IMG/VR virus record: IMGVR_UViG_3300045007_000250
Location: 22,921 to 86,920 of that record
Length of the DNA stretch: 64,000 nucleotides
Origin: a virus
Reading direction: 5' to 3' (one strand)
The notes under the pieces are model-generated. The model searched no databases. It was given only the letters and a program-made list of their open reading frames with translations, and was not told the origin of the DNA. Positions 44,277 to 54,025 of the stretch are shown here, one piece after another (position 1 is the stretch's first letter; each line of letters starts with the position of its first letter). Made by a program: the position numbers and the translations under genes.

Positions 44277-46697
44277 ATGGAACAGTTTGCACCGGGCGTT
44301 GAGATTCTTGAAAAAGATTCTCTGCCCACCATTCAAACTTCGGGCGCGCAGTTCTCCGGCATCGTGAGCACCGCGCAACGTGGCCCGGACAACGTGGTGA
44401 CGCTGCTTTCCGGCATGGAGCAGTTCAAAAAGCGGTACGGCTACTACGGCGGCACCTTCTTGGGCTACCTCATGGCGAACGGGTACTTCGATCAGCTTGG
44501 CGTGGGTCTCTTCTTTGTTCGCGCCACGCATCACGACGGGGTGACTGGTGTGTACGTCCCCCGCGTGATGAATCAACAGTTGAACATCATCAGGACCATT
44601 TCCGCCATCACGAACGCCAACCCCGCCCGTGTGACGACTTCGGTGGCGCATGGTTTCGTCCGCGGTCAGAAGGTTCGCATGGTGGACGTGACGGGCATGA
44701 CGCAGGTGAGCGGCAACGTCTATGTCGTCACTCCGCACGCCACCGATCCCACCATATTCTTCTTGGACGGTTGCGATTCGACCGCTTACGGCGTCTTCAT
44801 CGCCGGAACGGTGGAAGGGTACGCGGAATCGTCCATCATCCAAGCGTCTTCGACTGGCGCTTGGGCGAACAGCACGCTTCTCACCTGCCAGAAGTACGCG
44901 CTTTCCCTGAATGCTGAAACCACGGCGGGTGCAAGCACCTGCACGCCCGCCAGCATCGCCGGGATGGAAGTTGGTGACGTGGTGTACTTGGAGCAGTATT
45001 TGAACATTCTGCCCAACATCGTCACCGCCATCAACACGGGGACCAATCAGGTCACTTTCCGCACGGCGCTCCCGGCGACGGTGGCGATCACCAGCATGAC
45101 GGTGGGCGCTCCCGGTGCCCCGATTATCGTGACGAAGGCTGGGCATGGTCTCAAGACCGGCCAGTACGTCAAGATCAGCGGCAACACCCGCGTCACTGGC
45201 CTTCCGACTCTCAACGCAAATTGGGTCATCGCCCGAACGGGCGCTGATACGTTCACCTTGGACGGCAGCGATTCCATCAACTACACTGACACTGGTGTTG
45301 GAAGCTATGGCAATTACAACCTGACGTGGGACACCGGTGCGTACCTCAAGTCCACCAACACGCACAGGACCAAGACGGCGCTCTCCGTCGCGTACACGTC
45401 GGGGACACAGATTCAAGTGCTTTCCGCCGCGACGATCAACGTGGGCGCTCTGCTCCTGTTGGTCACGTCCACTCGTGTCGTGGAAGGCCGGGTGGTTTCC
45501 AAAAACGGGAACATTCTGAATGTGACCATTACCAAGGCGGATGGCACGGCGACTTTGCCGGTCAACACCTTGGTTGTGTCCGTCAACTTCGATCTTCTGC
45601 ATCAAGTGGATGGCACCACCACGCGGTACGAAGGTCTCTCCTGTGAATCCGAAGACAACATTGACCACTACGTTGCCCGCTTTGCGCAGAGCGAATACCT
45701 GCGGGGCGTGGCTGGCGATACCGGTGCGGGCGGAGACTACAAGGCGTACACGTATCCGATGGCGTTCAATTACGAAGCCATGACGCAGGGCGCGGACGGC
45801 ACCACACCGGACGACACGGACAAACTCGGTACGAACACCAACAAGGCGTACAAGCACGGCATGGCGCTCTTTGACAGCGTGCCGACGCTTCCTCAATTCG
45901 CCGTTCCCGGTGGGTCCGTGACGGTGCAGCGGGCTGCGGACACTTACGCTCAGAGTCGTGGCGACACCATCAACGTCATCGCTGCACCGGAAACGTCCGA
46001 CACGCAGGAAGAGCTTTTGGCCTTCCGCAACGTGACGCTCAATCTGGTGTCGTCCTACACCGCGCTCTACGCTCCGTGGGGTCGTGAGCCGAATCCCGAC
46101 ATTCCGGGTGCCTATGTGAATGTGCCCCCGGAAGGTCGTATCTTGGGCATGATCTCGGAAGTGTCGAAGCGGCGCGGAATCCAGAAGCCCCCGGCCAACG
46201 AGCTTGTGAAGTTTGCGAGCTTGGTGGCGTCCTTCACTCCGACCGAGCACGGCGTTCTCAACGCCGCTGGTGTGAACTTGATCCTCATGGAAGAGGGTCG
46301 CGGAATCCGGTGCATGGGTGCCCGGACTCTGTGGCCCAACGCCGACCGGAAACAGTACCTCAACGTCCGATCCATCCTCAACGGCGTGAAGCGCGGTCTC
46401 AAGGAGTTCGGAAAGGCCATCGCGTTCGAGGCTTCCGATGACCTGCTGTGGAAGTACATCCAGACCGAAGGCAACAAGTGGATGGAGCAGCGGTGGAAGG
46501 ACGGGTGGTTTTTCCCGCGAAACGACAAGACGAAGGCGTTTTTCTTCAAGTGCGATGCCACGACCAACACCGAAGAGTTGCGCCTGAGCGCCAAGGTCCG
46601 CTCGGTGGTCGGAATCAATCCCGTCCTGCCGGGTGAGTTGATCCAGTTCGAGTTGATGCTGTGGGACGGCGGCGTGGTCGCGGTCAACGAGCTATAA
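44277..46697 (+). CDS. Contractile tail sheath protein
   Basis: APGVEILE, RGP, ALYAPW, PP.G...G, KPPANE, LN.AGVN and GARTL motifs. Confidence 0.95.
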   Translation: MEQFAPGVEILEKDSLPTIQTSGAQFSGIVSTAQRGPDNVVTLLSGMEQFKKRYGYYGGTFLGYLMANGYFDQLGVGLFFVRATHHDGVTGVYVPRVMNQQLNIIRTISAITNANPARVTTSVAHGFVRGQKVRMVDVTGMTQVSGNVYVVTPHATDPTIFFLDGCDSTAYGVFIAGTVEGYAESSIIQASSTGAWANSTLLTCQKYALSLNAETTAGASTCTPASIAGMEVGDVVYLEQYLNILPNIVTAINTGTNQVTFRTALPATVAITSMTVGAPGAPIIVTKAGHGLKTGQYVKISGNTRVTGLPTLNANWVIARTGADTFTLDGSDSINYTDTGVGSYGNYNLTWDTGAYLKSTNTHRTKTALSVAYTSGTQIQVLSAATINVGALLLLVTSTRVVEGRVVSKNGNILNVTITKADGTATLPVNTLVVSVNFDLLHQVDGTTTRYEGLSCESEDNIDHYVARFAQSEYLRGVAGDTGAGGDYKAYTYPMAFNYEAMTQGADGTTPDDTDKLGTNTNKAYKHGMALFDSVPTLPQFAVPGGSVTVQRAADTYAQSRGDTINVIAAPETSDTQEELLAFRNVTLNLVSSYTALYAPWGREPNPDIPGAYVNVPPEGRILGMISEVSKRRGIQKPPANELVKFASLVASFTPTEHGVLNAAGVNLILMEEGRGIRCMGARTLWPNADRKQYLNVRSILNGVKRGLKEFGKAIAFEASDDLLWKYIQTEGNKWMEQRWKDGWFFPRNDKTKAFFFKCDATTNTEELRLSAKVRSVVGINPVLPGELIQFELMLWDGGVVAVNEL

Positions 46698-46716
46698 GAG
46701 AAGGGGGTAAGACGCA

Positions 46717-47199
46717 ATGGCAACCGGAACGCGCATTGATCCCTTCCGGGGGTACAATTTCTACGTGTTGGCCCAAGCCAAGGGCTTCACCGTGGAGATG
46801 GGCTTCAAGAAGGTTTCCGGGCTGGATGTGGAAGTCGAAGTGACGGAGTACCGCGAAGGCACGGACGTTGCCACTGTCCGCAAGCTCCCCGGCTTGGCGA
46901 AGTATTCCAACATCGTGTTGGAGCGTGGCATCACCGACAACGGTGCGGCTGTCGAGTGGATGCAGGAGATCGTGAAACTCACCGAAGAGTCCGGTCTTGC
47001 TGCGGACGCCGATTTCCGTTCGGAGGTCACTATTCAACTGCTCAATCGCAATCAGGAAGTCGTGCGTGAGTGGCAGGCGACGGCTGCGTGGCCCGCAAAG
47101 CTCACGGTTGGTGATTTCGACGCCACTTCGTCCGACGTGGCGATTGAGACGTTGGAGTTGGTCCACGAAGGTCTCACCTGCACGCAGTTTGGCGGGTGA
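46717..47199 (+). CDS. Tail tube protein (T4 gp19-like)
   Basis: DPFRGYNF, GF.KVSGL..E..EYREG, KLPG..KYSNI.LERG, AWP.K and IETLELVHEG. Confidence 0.95.
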   Translation: MATGTRIDPFRGYNFYVLAQAKGFTVEMGFKKVSGLDVEVEVTEYREGTDVATVRKLPGLAKYSNIVLERGITDNGAAVEWMQEIVKLTEESGLAADADFRSEVTIQLLNRNQEVVREWQATAAWPAKLTVGDFDATSSDVAIETLELVHEGLTCTQFGG

Positions 47200-47239
47200 T
47201 AGCTCTCTGATAACCCATATTCTTTAGGCGAACACGCAC

Positions 47240-47265
47240 GGCCCGTGCAAGCGATTGCATGGGCC
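47240..47265. promoter_or_regulatory. Palindrome TGCAAGCGATTGCA, copy 3, inside an extended hairpin
   Basis: GGCCCGTGCAA-GCGA-TTGCATGGGCC between the tube and chaperone genes. Confidence 0.6.
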
Positions 47266-47294
47266 TTGTGACAAAGCCAAGAAAGGATGCTCCC

Positions 47295-48212
47295 ATGTCC
47301 GACGACAAAACTCCCCCGAAAGATACACAGGACGTTGTTGTGCCGGAGACGCCGGTGGAACTCCCGCCCGCTCCGGTGATTGCCGCTGGTACGCCGGTGG
47401 TCAAGTCCATTCGCGCCGCCATCAAGGATGTTCCGATTCATCTTGCGTGCGGCGTGCTGGTGGACGGGAAAATTTACCGGGATATTCTTGCCACTTCGAT
47501 CATGGCCGGAGACCGCAAGGCGTTCGGAGAGTCGAAGAACAGGAACAACGGCGGGAAGATGATTACCGACCTGCTCACGACCAAGGTGCGGAGCTTTGTC
47601 GGAGCGAAATTTCCCCTGCATCAACGGCATCTTCGTGACATGATGCTTTCGATGGATCGGGATCAGATCACCTATGAGCTTCGTAAAGCGACGGTGGGGG
47701 ATCGGCCCTTTGAAGAGATTATGACGTGCGTGCATTGTTCCTCGAAAAACTCCGTTAGCGTGGAAGCCGCGGAGATCGAAGAATCTTTCCGTGTCATGCC
47801 CGACGATGTGCGGTTGCATCTGGATTCCAAAGGGCGTTGCTACTTCACGGTCCATGTGCCTGAGTACGGTTTCCATGCCGACTTCTTCTATGGGGACGGC
47901 AAGGAACAGGAGTACATGGCGGGGACCACCAACGACAAAACCAACGTCTTCGACATGGAGTTGCATATTCTTTCCCGTCTCTGTCTTGATTGGAACGGGG
48001 AAGGCCCGATTTCCGCGGAGCAGCTTGCGGAGATGGATGTGGATTTCATCGAACGTCTCCAAGACGCGATCCGCGACTACGAGTACGGGTACAACTTCAC
48101 TCCGTTGGCGTCCTGTTATTCGTGCGGGCGCTTTACGAAAGTGAGGGTCAACCCTCTGGATTTTTTGTTTCCGAAGACGGGCTTGGTGGAGCCGAAGAAG
48201 CGTCGTACCTAG
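47295..48212 (+). CDS. Tail assembly chaperone (G-like)
   Basis: Between tube and tape measure; L.SMDR....ELRK, two CxxC motifs; ends ..DFLF. Confidence 0.75.
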   Translation: MSDDKTPPKDTQDVVVPETPVELPPAPVIAAGTPVVKSIRAAIKDVPIHLACGVLVDGKIYRDILATSIMAGDRKAFGESKNRNNGGKMITDLLTTKVRSFVGAKFPLHQRHLRDMMLSMDRDQITYELRKATVGDRPFEEIMTCVHCSSKNSVSVEAAEIEESFRVMPDDVRLHLDSKGRCYFTVHVPEYGFHADFFYGDGKEQEYMAGTTNDKTNVFDMELHILSRLCLDWNGEGPISAEQLAEMDVDFIERLQDAIRDYEYGYNFTPLASCYSCGRFTKVRVNPLDFLFPKTGLVEPKKRRT

Positions 48213-48352
48213 ACCGGGTGCTTTTCAATCTGGCCTACGGGCTTCATTGGCACTACCAAGACATGCTTGAGTTGCCTTATGAAGTCCTGATCCGTATGCA
48301 CGAACTCCTGCAAGAACAATGGGAGCGTGAGCGGAAGGCGTTGAAGGGGTGA
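48161..48352 (+). other. -1 programmed frameshift site T TTT TTG and T-segment of the GT chaperone fusion
   Basis: Slippery heptamer at 48161-67; the -1 frame continues ..LAYGLHW..DMLELP.. to the stop at 48352. Confidence 0.75.
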
Positions 48353-48365
48353 GAGGGTCTAGGCG

Positions 48366-51300
48366 ATGAGTTTGATGAGTCTTGGAAATTTTGGACTCGG
48401 CTTCGTGGCACAGATGCGCGGAGTGCGATCCATCACCCTTGCCACTGCCGCCGTCTCCAAACTCCAAGATGAAGTGAACGCTCTCCGGCATCTTCAAGCG
48501 CGGGCGCGTATTGAAGCCTTTGGTGGGGATAAAGAAGCCCGGAAGTGGGGGCAGGCTTTTGGGATGCTGGCCGCGGAGCGAAGCGCGGAGCTTCGTGAGC
48601 AGGTGGAAGAACAGCAGCGGCTTCAAATGCGGCAATCCCTCATCGGCAAAGCAATGGTCGGTGTAGGTGTCGGCATGATGGGTGTCGGTGCCGCCCTTGG
48701 AGCGGGCCTCGGTGTGGCTTTGAAGAAGGCAACGCAGTTTGAAGCCACCATGAACATCGTGCGGATGAACATTCGGAACATTGATGCTTCGCAGTTGAAG
48801 TCTCTTGGCGAAGAGATGAAGGTGCTTTCTATCCGGCTCCCCGGCACTGTGCAGGATATGGCGAATGCTGCGGTGGTGCTCTCCAAGATGGGTATTCCCA
48901 CTCAGGAGTTGGCCGCGGCGACGGAGCAAGCCATTGTTCTGTCAACCGCCGCGGGTATTGACGCTGCGACGGCTGCGCAACACATTTCGACGGTCTATCT
49001 TACCACGAAGGCCACCCTTCCTGCGGCATGGAGCATGGGCGAAGCCATGCGCCGGATCAACTCGGCAATGGTGGCTCTCGCCACGTCCGGTCCTGTCACG
49101 GTAGATGAGTTGGCCGATCTCACCAAACGCTCCGCTGTGGCAGCGAATCAGCTTGGGTTGACCACGGATCAGACCCTTGCTTTTGCCGCTGCGTTGGGAG
49201 ACCTGCGCATTCCGCCGGAAATGGGTGGTAGTGCCTTGCTTCGTATTTTCAAGACGATTCAAAGTCAGCCTGAAAAGATTATCAAGGGTTTGGAAGCCGT
49301 GAATCATCCGGCGGCGAAGATGTGGAATAGCCTTGCTGGTGTGGACAAGGTGAAGGCCGCACTGGAAGGCTTGAATATCGCCGCTCAGATGGAGCAGACC
49401 GGGCAGAAGATGGGTGGGCAGGCGGTGTCTTTGAGTAAGGTGATGGGTGAGATGTTTGGAAAGAACATCCGTACCGACATTGCCCTTGGCGCTCTCATGT
49501 CCAGTTTGCAGGAATCGTGGGACAAGGGGGAAAAGGGTCTTACTCGCTTGGACAACCGATTGAATACGGCGGCTCAGGGTATGCGTGAAGGTGCGGCGGC
49601 GGAACAGCGCATGGATCAGTGGGCCACCAGTCTTTCCGGTCAGTGGGAAATTATGACTTCGACGTTGGACACGTTCATCACCAGCGTTGGGGAAGAATTG
49701 GTGCCGCTGGCGAAGAAGGTGGTGAGCGTTTTTCGTTCGATTGCTGATTGGCTTGGGAGTTGGTCGGCGGCGCAGAAGAAGTTGCTTGGGTACGTTACGC
49801 TTTCCGCGGCGGCATTTTTCCTGATTACAGGTGCCATTATCGCTCTTGGCGGTGCCGTGAAGATTGCTACCATTTCCTTGAGTGCGTTGGCTCCGGCGTT
49901 GGCTGCTGGTACTGCGGGAGCCACGGGATTTGGTGCAGCACTCTCCGCTGTTGCATGGCCGATTACGTTGGTCATCCTTGGTGTGGCGGCTCTTGGTGCG
50001 GCGATCTACGGTCTCTACAAGCTGAAATTTTTTGAGGGTTTCGTAGATGGTTGGAAGACGCGGGCCAAGGAGATGAGTGAGGTATTTTCCGGTGTGAAGC
50101 AGATTTTCGTGGATGCTTGGGCGAGCATCAAAGAGGCGTTTGCAGATGTGGTGGTTTCAATGGGTGGGTCCGGCGGTGTGACTGCTTCCTTCCGTGACGC
50201 CGGTAAAGCCATCGGGATTTTTGCTACTTACGCGATGCAGGTGTACGTTGCCTACTTCAAGCCTTTCATTCAGCTTACGGTGAGTGCGGTGGTTTTGGCC
50301 GTGCGGACCATTGTTGCCGTTTTTGCCTATCTCGGAAGCGCCGTTTCGAGTTTCGTGACCTTTTTCCGCGGTGTTTGGGCTGTTTTGAAGGGCATTTTCA
50401 CTTGGGATATGAGCACGGTCAAAGAAGGTTTCTCCCTCATCCTGAGTGCCATGAAAAGCTCTCTCTTGGGCTTCTTGACTTTTTGGAAGCGTATTTGGCG
50501 TGCCACGGGGGATTTCATTGTCAGCTTCCTTCCTGAAAAGGTGCAGCTTGCTTGGCGCAAGATGATCGGGTGGCTTGCCGATGCGTGGGACCGCTTCTTG
50601 GTTTGGATTGGGTTGAAGGAGAAAACGCGGGCACAAGAAGAACAGATAGCACGCGATGGTGCCGTGAGTGCGGAGCAGCGTAAAGCGGAGCAGTTGCAGA
50701 AAATTCAGGAAGACGCCGCGGAGCGGCAGCGGGCCGGGGAGACGGCTACTACCAAAAGAATCGAGAACGAGCTTGCGGAGCGGGTGGCATCCTTCAAAGC
50801 CTACCAACAGGAGATTTTAGGGCTTCCATCGGAGAAGAAGGCTGAATTGGCCGGGAAAATGGAAGCCGAGCGGATCAAGGTCACTGAGGTCATCCCGGCT
50901 TTAGAGGCGAATCGTATGGCCGTCTCCGGGGCTGGCGGTGTGGCTGGCGCGGCTGGCATGACTGGCGGTTTGGAGGCGTTGGTAGCGCAGGCGGAGAGCG
51001 CGGGTGTCTTGCAGGATTGGATGGGGAATGCCGTTAGCGAGATGGTGTCTCGCATCGAAACGGCCACTCCCGAACAGGCGGAGCAGGTGTCTGCGGCTGC
51101 GGAAGCCTTGGCAAATCAATTGTTCGAGAGCATCGGCGCTTCCATCATGCCGGACATTGCTACCTATGTGCAAAATCGTGCGACGGCGGATGTGGCGCAA
51201 GTGCAAGACCTCAATGCGCTTATTGCCGACATGACGGCAGATGTGGAGCCGTTGCGGGCTGCATACGAGCAGGCGGCGGCTTTGGCGGCAAGCAATCCCA

Positions 51301-51809
51301 TGTTGGAAACTCTTGCGGATGAGGCGGAGATTCGTCGTCAAGTTTGGATGGAAGAGCAGGGGTATGTGGATGAGCAGCGTGCTCTTCTTGAAGCTACGCG
51401 CAATAGCCTTGGGGCTTTGGCGGAGTATAAAAGTCTTCTTGATGTGGCAAATACCGCGGGTGGGACGCCGGAGCAAATGGCAGCGCGGGCCGAAGCCGTG
51501 CGTAAGCTGTTATCCTTTTTGTCCGGTAGAGACCTTCCCTATGAAGCTCCGTTTCGTCTTGAGGCGTTGCCCGGCGAGAAGGTTCCGCCTGCTGGCGCTC
51601 CGGGTGGTCGTCCGGGTACTCCCCCCGTTCGCGGCACCGGAAACGCTGTGGCCGATGCCGTTACGAGTGGGATGAACACCATGATAGAGCGGATGCCAAA
51701 AAAACTTGAGGGCACAATCAAGACCACTCTTCAAGTGGATCAGCGTGTGTTGGCTGAAACGGTCAATGAGTTCAACGCTAATGCCGCTGGTGCCACCGGA
51801 AATGGGTAA
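48366..51809 (+). CDS. Tape measure protein
   Basis: 1147 aa, Ala-rich and helical; TP901-like core (A..FE..M.., G..P..GGSAL); periodic W/F repeats. Confidence 0.93.
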   Translation: MSLMSLGNFGLGFVAQMRGVRSITLATAAVSKLQDEVNALRHLQARARIEAFGGDKEARKWGQAFGMLAAERSAELREQVEEQQRLQMRQSLIGKAMVGVGVGMMGVGAALGAGLGVALKKATQFEATMNIVRMNIRNIDASQLKSLGEEMKVLSIRLPGTVQDMANAAVVLSKMGIPTQELAAATEQAIVLSTAAGIDAATAAQHISTVYLTTKATLPAAWSMGEAMRRINSAMVALATSGPVTVDELADLTKRSAVAANQLGLTTDQTLAFAAALGDLRIPPEMGGSALLRIFKTIQSQPEKIIKGLEAVNHPAAKMWNSLAGVDKVKAALEGLNIAAQMEQTGQKMGGQAVSLSKVMGEMFGKNIRTDIALGALMSSLQESWDKGEKGLTRLDNRLNTAAQGMREGAAAEQRMDQWATSLSGQWEIMTSTLDTFITSVGEELVPLAKKVVSVFRSIADWLGSWSAAQKKLLGYVTLSAAAFFLITGAIIALGGAVKIATISLSALAPALAAGTAGATGFGAALSAVAWPITLVILGVAALGAAIYGLYKLKFFEGFVDGWKTRAKEMSEVFSGVKQIFVDAWASIKEAFADVVVSMGGSGGVTASFRDAGKAIGIFATYAMQVYVAYFKPFIQLTVSAVVLAVRTIVAVFAYLGSAVSSFVTFFRGVWAVLKGIFTWDMSTVKEGFSLILSAMKSSLLGFLTFWKRIWRATGDFIVSFLPEKVQLAWRKMIGWLADAWDRFLVWIGLKEKTRAQEEQIARDGAVSAEQRKAEQLQKIQEDAAERQRAGETATTKRIENELAERVASFKAYQQEILGLPSEKKAELAGKMEAERIKVTEVIPALEANRMAVSGAGGVAGAAGMTGGLEALVAQAESAGVLQDWMGNAVSEMVSRIETATPEQAEQVSAAAEALANQLFESIGASIMPDIATYVQNRATADVAQVQDLNALIADMTADVEPLRAAYEQAAALAASNPMLETLADEAEIRRQVWMEEQGYVDEQRALLEATRNSLGALAEYKSLLDVANTAGGTPEQMAARAEAVRKLLSFLSGRDLPYEAPFRLEALPGEKVPPAGAPGGRPGTPPVRGTGNAVADAVTSGMNTMIERMPKKLEGTIKTTLQVDQRVLAETVNEFNANAAGATGNG

Positions 51810-51812
51810 GCA

Positions 51813-52424
51813 ATGGCTGTAACAACGCAGACACCTAAGAACAATTTGGGAGCACTGAATCGTGGTCCTGCCAAGGGTTTTTTGGCGGCGTATGACGACC
51901 CCAATGTGCGATTGGTGTTTCAGTACAACCCGCCTGAGATCACTGAGACAAAAGAGATGGAGTGGCCGGAGATCGTCATTCCCGGCGCGGATGATGCTTT
52001 GGCTAATTTTGGTGCGGGAAAGAGTTTCAAGCTGGCTTTCACGCTCTTTTTCAATGAGGTTGGCGAGTCGTACACGAAGCCCGGTGCGGTGCCTGCAAAG
52101 GATACCCGGCCCCCGGCTCCCCAAGGGATGCCGGACACTGGCAACCGGGTGGAGATGGCTCTGGCCTTTCTGCACTCTTTTACGGAGACACAACAGGCGA
52201 CGGATCAGTACATGGGCCTTTCTCCGCGGATTCTGCTCTTTTGGTTCGGAGAGTCGCAGTTTGGGACCGGTGCGCAGTATCAATCTTCGCCCGGTGGCCC
52301 GGCCATGATTGTTCGGATTACGAAGTTGACCACGAAACGGGGCTTTTTTGACAAGAAGACGCTGGTGACGCGCAGGGCAACCGCTGAGATCGAACTAACA
52401 CGACACGCTCTGTTTCCGAGGTAG
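51813..52424 (+). CDS. Tube-initiator-like baseplate protein
   Basis: FQYNP.EI and P.ILLFW..G motifs; follows the tape measure gene. Confidence 0.75.
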   Translation: MAVTTQTPKNNLGALNRGPAKGFLAAYDDPNVRLVFQYNPPEITETKEMEWPEIVIPGADDALANFGAGKSFKLAFTLFFNEVGESYTKPGAVPAKDTRPPAPQGMPDTGNRVEMALAFLHSFTETQQATDQYMGLSPRILLFWFGESQFGTGAQYQSSPGGPAMIVRITKLTTKRGFFDKKTLVTRRATAEIELTRHALFPR

Positions 52425-52427
52425 GCC

Positions 52428-52742
52428 ATGCCGGTATATTCCACATCGCGGTACAAGGGTGGTCTGGTGGTTCCTATCCTTTCAGAGCGTAACGGGATCA
52501 CCAAGGAGCGTCCTTATCTCTATACGCGCCCGGCAATCGGTAATGTCACGATTACGCAAATCTACACCACGCAGGACGGGGACCGTCTTGACCTTCTGGC
52601 TTTCCGTTTCGCCAAGGATTCGACGTTGTGGTGGATTATCGCGGAAGTAAATAAGATTTTCGGTTTTCCGTTCTTTTTGGCACCGGGCACGCCTCTTTTG
52701 ATTCCGTCCTATGCCGATTTTCAGCGGCTTGGGGGTGCGTAG
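52428..52742 (+). CDS. LysM/Tail-X-like baseplate wedge protein
   Basis: DGDRLDLLA.RF..D..LWW.IAE.N....PGT.L.IP. Confidence 0.85.
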   Translation: MPVYSTSRYKGGLVVPILSERNGITKERPYLYTRPAIGNVTITQIYTTQDGDRLDLLAFRFAKDSTLWWIIAEVNKIFGFPFFLAPGTPLLIPSYADFQRLGGA

Positions 52743-54025
52743 TGGCGGAGTCGATGGTTACTACCATTTCAAGCAAGCACCGCACCGGTGACTTCATGCG
52801 CCATGCGCTCCGGCTTTCCGTTTTCGCTCTTCCTGAGAAGACGGGGCGTAACGGATCAATGGATATTTCCGGCATTGTGTCCGGTGTGTCCATTGAGGAA
52901 GAGCATGGGGCGAAGAAGAAAGACGTGATGGCGACGGTTTCCGTTTTCAACTACGACTATGCTATGCAGGAAGTGGTGCTTTTTTCAGAGGGTCATAGGC
53001 TCGCCATTTCGATGTTTGACGGGTACGTTGCCAGAGATTTTGGGGATTTCGTCATTGTGAATCCTGACCGGCAGTACGGAGAGAGTACGTCCTTGAATCT
53101 GCGGCTCCGGTCGGATCAAATCGTGAATCAGCTTCAACCCATCTCTTACAAGTTTGTCAACTGCACCATCGCAGAAGCGGTTGCCGATCTGTGGCAGTCC
53201 TTGGGGTATCAGACCGACGTGACGCCCACGGATGAGACTTTTCCCGAAGTCATGTTGGCGAATGAAACGGCAGTGCAGTTCACGAAGCGGTGGGCGGAGA
53301 AGTTGAATTATGTATGGGGAATCCGAGAGGGGAAATTCTACTTCAAGAAAGAAGAAGAAGTTGTGGTGGATCATCGGACTGACCCGAAGAACACCCTCAA
53401 ATTCTCGCCGCCTTTTCCCGAAGTTGGCTCCATTATCTCCGCACGATCACAGGCGAAGACGGATCAGGCGCGGGGTGGGAAGCCGAAAATTGCCGGGATT
53501 GATTTTTCCGCGGGCGGTTTCTCTTCCGATATTATGAATGACCTGATTGCGGCGGGCAGCGTGCGCACGGAAGAAGGGCGTCCTATTGTCACCGATCCCA
53601 CCAAGAAACCGTCTTTTCAGGCGACGGACGTGACCCGGTATAAACTGCTCTCCATGCTGCGTGGCCCGAATTTTCAAGGCGGAGAGGATTCTGATAGCGT
53701 TTTGTTGCCGCCCTACTCCTTGGTTCCAAATGTTCCCGGTCGCGTGGGTTTGATTCAGCGGAGCAACGATCAGGCGAGTGCCATGCGCGATATTCTTTTT
53801 GTGCAGAATGCCGTGAATAACTATGAGTTGCAGGTGGTGACGTGGGGCAACGCCGCCTTGAGTGTCGCGGGTTTGGTGGACGTAGCCGGGCTTTCGCCCG
53901 AAGATAATGGGACGTGGTTCATCAAGAAAATCGTTCATAACTTCGATTCCACGTACAAACAGACGTTGACGCTCTATCGTAATGAGCGGGAAGCGGTTGC
54001 CAAGAGGAAGAAGATCAAAAAATGA
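52742..54025 (+). CDS. Baseplate hub (GpD/gp27-like)
   Basis: NET..F.KR.A and GN..L..G..V...GL...NG.W.I..I.H; position. Confidence 0.8.
   Translation: MAESMVTTISSKHRTGDFMRHALRLSVFALPEKTGRNGSMDISGIVSGVSIEEEHGAKKKDVMATVSVFNYDYAMQEVVLFSEGHRLAISMFDGYVARDFGDFVIVNPDRQYGESTSLNLRLRSDQIVNQLQPISYKFVNCTIAEAVADLWQSLGYQTDVTPTDETFPEVMLANETAVQFTKRWAEKLNYVWGIREGKFYFKKEEEVVVDHRTDPKNTLKFSPPFPEVGSIISARSQAKTDQARGGKPKIAGIDFSAGGFSSDIMNDLIAAGSVRTEEGRPIVTDPTKKPSFQATDVTRYKLLSMLRGPNFQGGEDSDSVLLPPYSLVPNVPGRVGLIQRSNDQASAMRDILFVQNAVNNYELQVVTWGNAALSVAGLVDVAGLSPEDNGTWFIKKIVHNFDSTYKQTLTLYRNEREAVAKRKKIKK

Noticed and set aside
43746-46250. Long antisense ORFs (834 aa here; also 24075-25754, 34020-35645, 6554-8260, 62357-63391)
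   Set aside because: They are shadows of well-supported plus-strand genes in GC-rich DNA, with no motifs or RBS.
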